From positions 9,916-73,915 of the forward strand of contig JBJSXI010000044.1 in NCBI GenBank assembly GCA_046086305.1: 64,000 nucleotides of DNA. The letters run 5' to 3'. The notes below the pieces were generated by a model. The model was not told the origin of the DNA and made no database searches. It saw only the letters and a program-made list of their open reading frames with translations. The first letter of the stretch is position 1. Every line of letters begins with the position of its first letter. The DNA comes from Ilumatobacteraceae bacterium. Its GTDB lineage: Bacteria; Actinomycetota; Acidimicrobiia; Acidimicrobiales; Ilumatobacteraceae. The translations under genes were made by a program, and so were the position numbers. Shown here piece after piece: positions 61,579 to 64,000 of this stretch.

Positions 61579-62064
61579 ATGGAGCTGCTCGGTGTGCGGG
61601 TCGAGATGCCCGCCAATACCCCGGTCGTGGTCCTGCGCAAGCGTGACGACCGGAACCGAGTGCTCCCGATCCTCATCGGCGGACCCGAGGCCTCGGCCAT
61701 CCATACGGCGCTCGAAGGCCTCACGCCACCCCGACCGCTCACCCACGATCTGACCGTCACGCTCGTCGAACGCCTCGGCGCATCGGTCGCCCGAGTCGTC
61801 ATCACCGAGGTGCGCGACCACACCTTCTACGCCGAACTGCACCTGGTGACCGCGACGGGGGAGTCCGTTGTCTCCTGCCGTCCGAGCGACGCCATCGCAC
61901 TCGCCGTGCGCGTCGATGCGCCGATCTTCGCCGACGAGGGCCTCCTCGACGAGGCCGCCGTCGAGTTGCCGGTCGACGCCGACGAGGGCGAAGAGGCCGA
62001 GACCCTGCTCGACGAGTTCCGCGACTTCCTCGACGACATCACCCCGGACGATTTCGCCAGCTGA
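61579..62064 (+). CDS. bifunctional nuclease (BFN/DUF151) family protein
   Basis: VVVLRKRDDRNRVLPILIGGPEASAI and FYAELHL...SCRPSDAIALAVRVDAPIF. Acidic tail. A GTG at 61570 is an alternative start. Confidence 0.8.
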   Translation: MELLGVRVEMPANTPVVVLRKRDDRNRVLPILIGGPEASAIHTALEGLTPPRPLTHDLTVTLVERLGASVARVVITEVRDHTFYAELHLVTATGESVVSCRPSDAIALAVRVDAPIFADEGLLDEAAVELPVDADEGEEAETLLDEFRDFLDDITPDDFAS

Positions 62065-62082
62065 GGCGCCCCCATTCGGCGT

Positions 62083-62112
62083 GCCGTTCGCGCGCACCGC
62101 GCGAACAACGGC
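62083..62112 (+). terminator. GC-rich hairpin after the BFN gene
   Basis: 9-bp stem GTTCGCGCG-CAC-CGCGCGAAC, extended by GCC/GGC across a 3-nt bulge. Begins 19 nt after the stop. No U tract. Confidence 0.3.
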
Positions 62113-62133
62113 GGCATATCTCACTCGACGTGC

Positions 62134-62162
62134 TTGACGGCGCGCGCGGCGACCCGTACGCT
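62134..62162 (+). promoter_or_regulatory. candidate sigma-70-type promoter for the MerR2-gcvT unit
   Basis: TTGACG (62134-62139), a 17-nt spacer, then TACGCT (62157-62162). Lies about 53 nt upstream of GTG 62215, which is preceded by GGGGAGGG. Confidence 0.4.
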
Positions 62163-62172
62163 GCTCACTCCA

Positions 62173-62184
62173 CCGTAATTACGG
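62173..62184. promoter_or_regulatory. perfect 12-bp palindrome CCGTAATTACGG in the MerR2 leader
   Basis: Read directly. AT-rich core in a GC-rich context, 11 nt downstream of the putative -10. Possible operator. Confidence 0.35.
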
Positions 62185-62214
62185 CCCTGTCGTGAGGGGT
62201 CGGGGAGGGTCACC

Positions 62215-62661
62215 GTGGACGAGACCGGATACAGCGGCACCAAGGCAGCGGCCGTGGTCGGCATCACCTATCGCCAACTCGACTATTGGGCGCGCACCGA
62301 CCTCGTGCGCCCGTCGCTCGTCGACGCCGCGGGCAGTGGCTCACGGCGGCTGTACAGCTACCGCGACCTGCTCGAGTTGCGAGTGGTGAAGAGCCTCCTC
62401 GACGCCGGCATCCGCCTCGAGTCCGTCCGCAGCGTGTTCGAGTACCTCCGCCTTCATGTCGACAGTGACATCGCCGCCGCACATCTCGTCATCAGCGGCG
62501 GCGACGTCCTGCTGTGCGATGGCGAGCAGCTGATCGACGTGATGCGCAAGGGACAGGGCGTCCTCAACGTCCTCGCCATCGGCGGCGTCAAGGACGACCT
62601 CGATCATCAGCTCGTCACACTCGGCGAGTCTCCTGCGCCCTCAGCGGCGCGCGCGGTGTGA
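62215..62661 (+). CDS. MerR-family transcriptional regulator (short, Rv1830-like)
   Basis: YSGTKAAAVVGITYRQLDYWARTDLVRPS...RRLYSYRDLLELRVVKSLLDAGI. Confidence 0.82.
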   Translation: MDETGYSGTKAAAVVGITYRQLDYWARTDLVRPSLVDAAGSGSRRLYSYRDLLELRVVKSLLDAGIRLESVRSVFEYLRLHVDSDIAAAHLVISGGDVLLCDGEQLIDVMRKGQGVLNVLAIGGVKDDLDHQLVTLGESPAPSAARAV

Positions 62662-63722
62662 GCACGCGCCTCGGCCCCCTCGACGAGGCTCATCGCCGTC
62701 TCGGCGCGCGCATGGTCGAGTTCGGTGGGTGGGAGATGCCGGTCTCGTACCCCTCGGGCACGATCGACGAACACATGGCATGTCGCAACGGTGCCGTCGT
62801 GTTCGACGTCTCACACCTCGGGACCGTGCGGGTCACCGGCCCGGAGGCCTTCGATCGTCTGCAATCCGTCCTGACGAACGATCTCGCCCGCATCTCGGTC
62901 GGTCGCACCCAATACACCCACCTTCTCGCCGACGACGGCAGTGTCGCCGACGACATCATCGTCTGGTGGGTCGACGAGGAACGGTTCGACGTCATGCCGA
63001 ACGCGTCGAACACCTCCTCGGTCATCGAGGCCATCGGTGGAACCGATGTCACGGCAACCCGCGCCGTGCTGGCGGTGCAGGGTCCGACCGCTCGCGAACG
63101 CCTCGCCACGTTCTGGCCCGAAGCGGCCGCCGTTCCGAGGTCGCGCGTCGCGACGTGCACATGGCAGTCGACCGCGTGCGTCGTCGCCGGGACCGGTTAT
63201 ACCGGGGAGTCGGGTGTCGAGATCGCCGTGCCGGTCGAGGCGGCACGTTCCCTGTGGGAGGCACTGCTCGATGCCGGCGTCCTCCCGGCCGGGCTCGGCG
63301 CACGCGACACCCTGCGCCTCGAAGCCGGCTACCCGCTCCACAGGCACGAACTCGGACCGGGGATCACCCCGCTGCAGGCGGGCCTGTCGTGGGTGGTCGC
63401 ATGGGACAAAGGCGACTTTCCGGGCCGCACCGCGCTCGTCGCCGAACGCGATCGCGGTCCGGCGCGCCTGTTGCGCGGGATCGCCACCGAGGGCCGCCGT
63501 CCACCGCGTGCCGACTGCGAGGTCCTCGTCGACGGCCGACGCGTCGGCACGACGACGAGTGGCAACTTCTCACCCGTGCTCGGTCACGGCATCGCGCTCG
63601 CGCTGCTCGAGCCACAGCTCGAGAACGGCACTGACGTGACGATCGATGTGCGCGGCGCGACCATTCCCGGTCGCCTCGTGGCTGTTCCGTTCGTCGCCGG
63701 TGGTCTACGCGCTGGCGGTTGA
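62658..63722 (+). CDS. gcvT: glycine cleavage system aminomethyltransferase T
   Basis: GTGA overlap with the MerR2 stop. GARMVEFGGWEMPVSY, VFDVSHLG, GYTGE(S)G and RDTLRLEAGYPL. Confidence 0.92.
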   Translation: MSTRLGPLDEAHRRLGARMVEFGGWEMPVSYPSGTIDEHMACRNGAVVFDVSHLGTVRVTGPEAFDRLQSVLTNDLARISVGRTQYTHLLADDGSVADDIIVWWVDEERFDVMPNASNTSSVIEAIGGTDVTATRAVLAVQGPTARERLATFWPEAAAVPRSRVATCTWQSTACVVAGTGYTGESGVEIAVPVEAARSLWEALLDAGVLPAGLGARDTLRLEAGYPLHRHELGPGITPLQAGLSWVVAWDKGDFPGRTALVAERDRGPARLLRGIATEGRRPPRADCEVLVDGRRVGTTTSGNFSPVLGHGIALALLEPQLENGTDVTIDVRGATIPGRLVAVPFVAGGLRAGG

Positions 63723-64000
63723 CGCAGCGAAGCTCTCCACGGGCAGGCATGTGCAGACAAGGTGACGGTCGCCGTATGCGGCGTCCACCCGACTGATCGG
63801 TGGGAAGTACGTCCGCTCACGTCCCGCCGGGCTGGCGCCGATGTGGCGCGGATATGCCCGCTCCCAGGTGCCGACGAGGTCGGCTGTCGTGTGCGGCGCC
63901 GCGCGGAGTGGACTGGCCTCGATCGACCACGTCCCCTTCTCGACCTCGGCAATCTCGGCGCGGATCGACAGCATCGCGTCGCAGAACCGATCGAGTTCGA
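63705..64000 (-). CDS. gcvP: glycine dehydrogenase (decarboxylating), C-terminal fragment; gene continues past the window end
   Basis: The minus frame is open to base 64000 and reads ...ELDRFCDAMLSIRAEIAEVE...LRAAPHT...FPPISRVDAAYGDRHLVCTC, the typical GcvP C-terminus. Overlaps the gcvT 3' end by 18 nt. Confidence 0.85.
   Translation of the reverse strand, partial: ELDRFCDAMLSIRAEIAEVEKGTWSIEASPLRAAPHTTADLVGTWERAYPRHIGASPAGRERTYFPPISRVDAAYGDRHLVCTCLPVESFAASTASA

Noticed and set aside
62065-62214. Glycine riboswitch upstream of gcv genes
   Set aside because: gcvH has a 9-nt upstream gap and gcvT overlaps the MerR stop. In the 150-nt region before MerR2 I could not recognise the conserved glycine-aptamer core by eye. 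A covariance-model scan (Rfam RF00504) would be decisive.
1-64000. CRISPR arrays, IS elements, rRNA genes and toxin-antitoxin or known defence-system genes
   Set aside because: No regularly spaced repeats, transposase or integrase motifs, rRNA-like sequence or recognisable defence domains were seen in any frame of the ORF track or in the intergenic regions I read.

Overview
High-GC Actinomycetota-type chromosomal segment. Hand counts on sample 60-nt lines give about 60-70% GC outside one island. It is densely coding: about 68 CDS, one tRNA, and no rRNA, CRISPR array, integrase or transposase seen. Many neighbouring genes overlap by 4 nt (ATGA/GTGA), which suggests long translationally coupled operons.

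Core content, from start to end:
- 5'-truncated acyl-CoA synthetase, PBP4, a Lon-N domain protein and three small membrane proteins.
- A ThiS-like GG protein, a TtuA-like tRNA thiolase and TrmI.
- A complete Pup-proteasome locus (arc, dop, pup, prcB, prcA, pafA) with pxpABC wedged between prcA and pafA.
- lepB, tatB/C, helY, an M20 peptidase, a double-length ThyX-like protein and a hyper-acidic DUF4193-like protein.
- An 8-gene minus-strand operon: GDPD, GGT, amidohydrolase, RibD, GTP cyclohydrolase II and an NMT1-type ABC importer.
- ALDH, an RDD protein and FadD.
- A lower-GC island of about 5.6 kb encoding only multidomain methyl- and glycosyltransferases.
- ACAD, ispH, DUF512, der, tRNA-Pro(GGG) abutting an SRAP gene, RgpF, HIT, SDR and pgsA.
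- The conserved gcvH, FHA, MerR, BFN nuclease, MerR, gcvT block, with the gcvP 3' end at the window edge.

Best candidates for something new:
1. The exporter-less methyl/glycosyltransferase island lying between acyl-CoA genes.
2. The GDPD-GGT-amidohydrolase-RibD-RibA-ABC operon, possibly flavin or deazaflavin cofactor salvage or remodelling.
3. The SRAP start codon sharing a base with the tRNA CCA end.
4. The tandem ThyX with complementary motif decay.

All functional calls come from motif recognition by eye. No database search was run.
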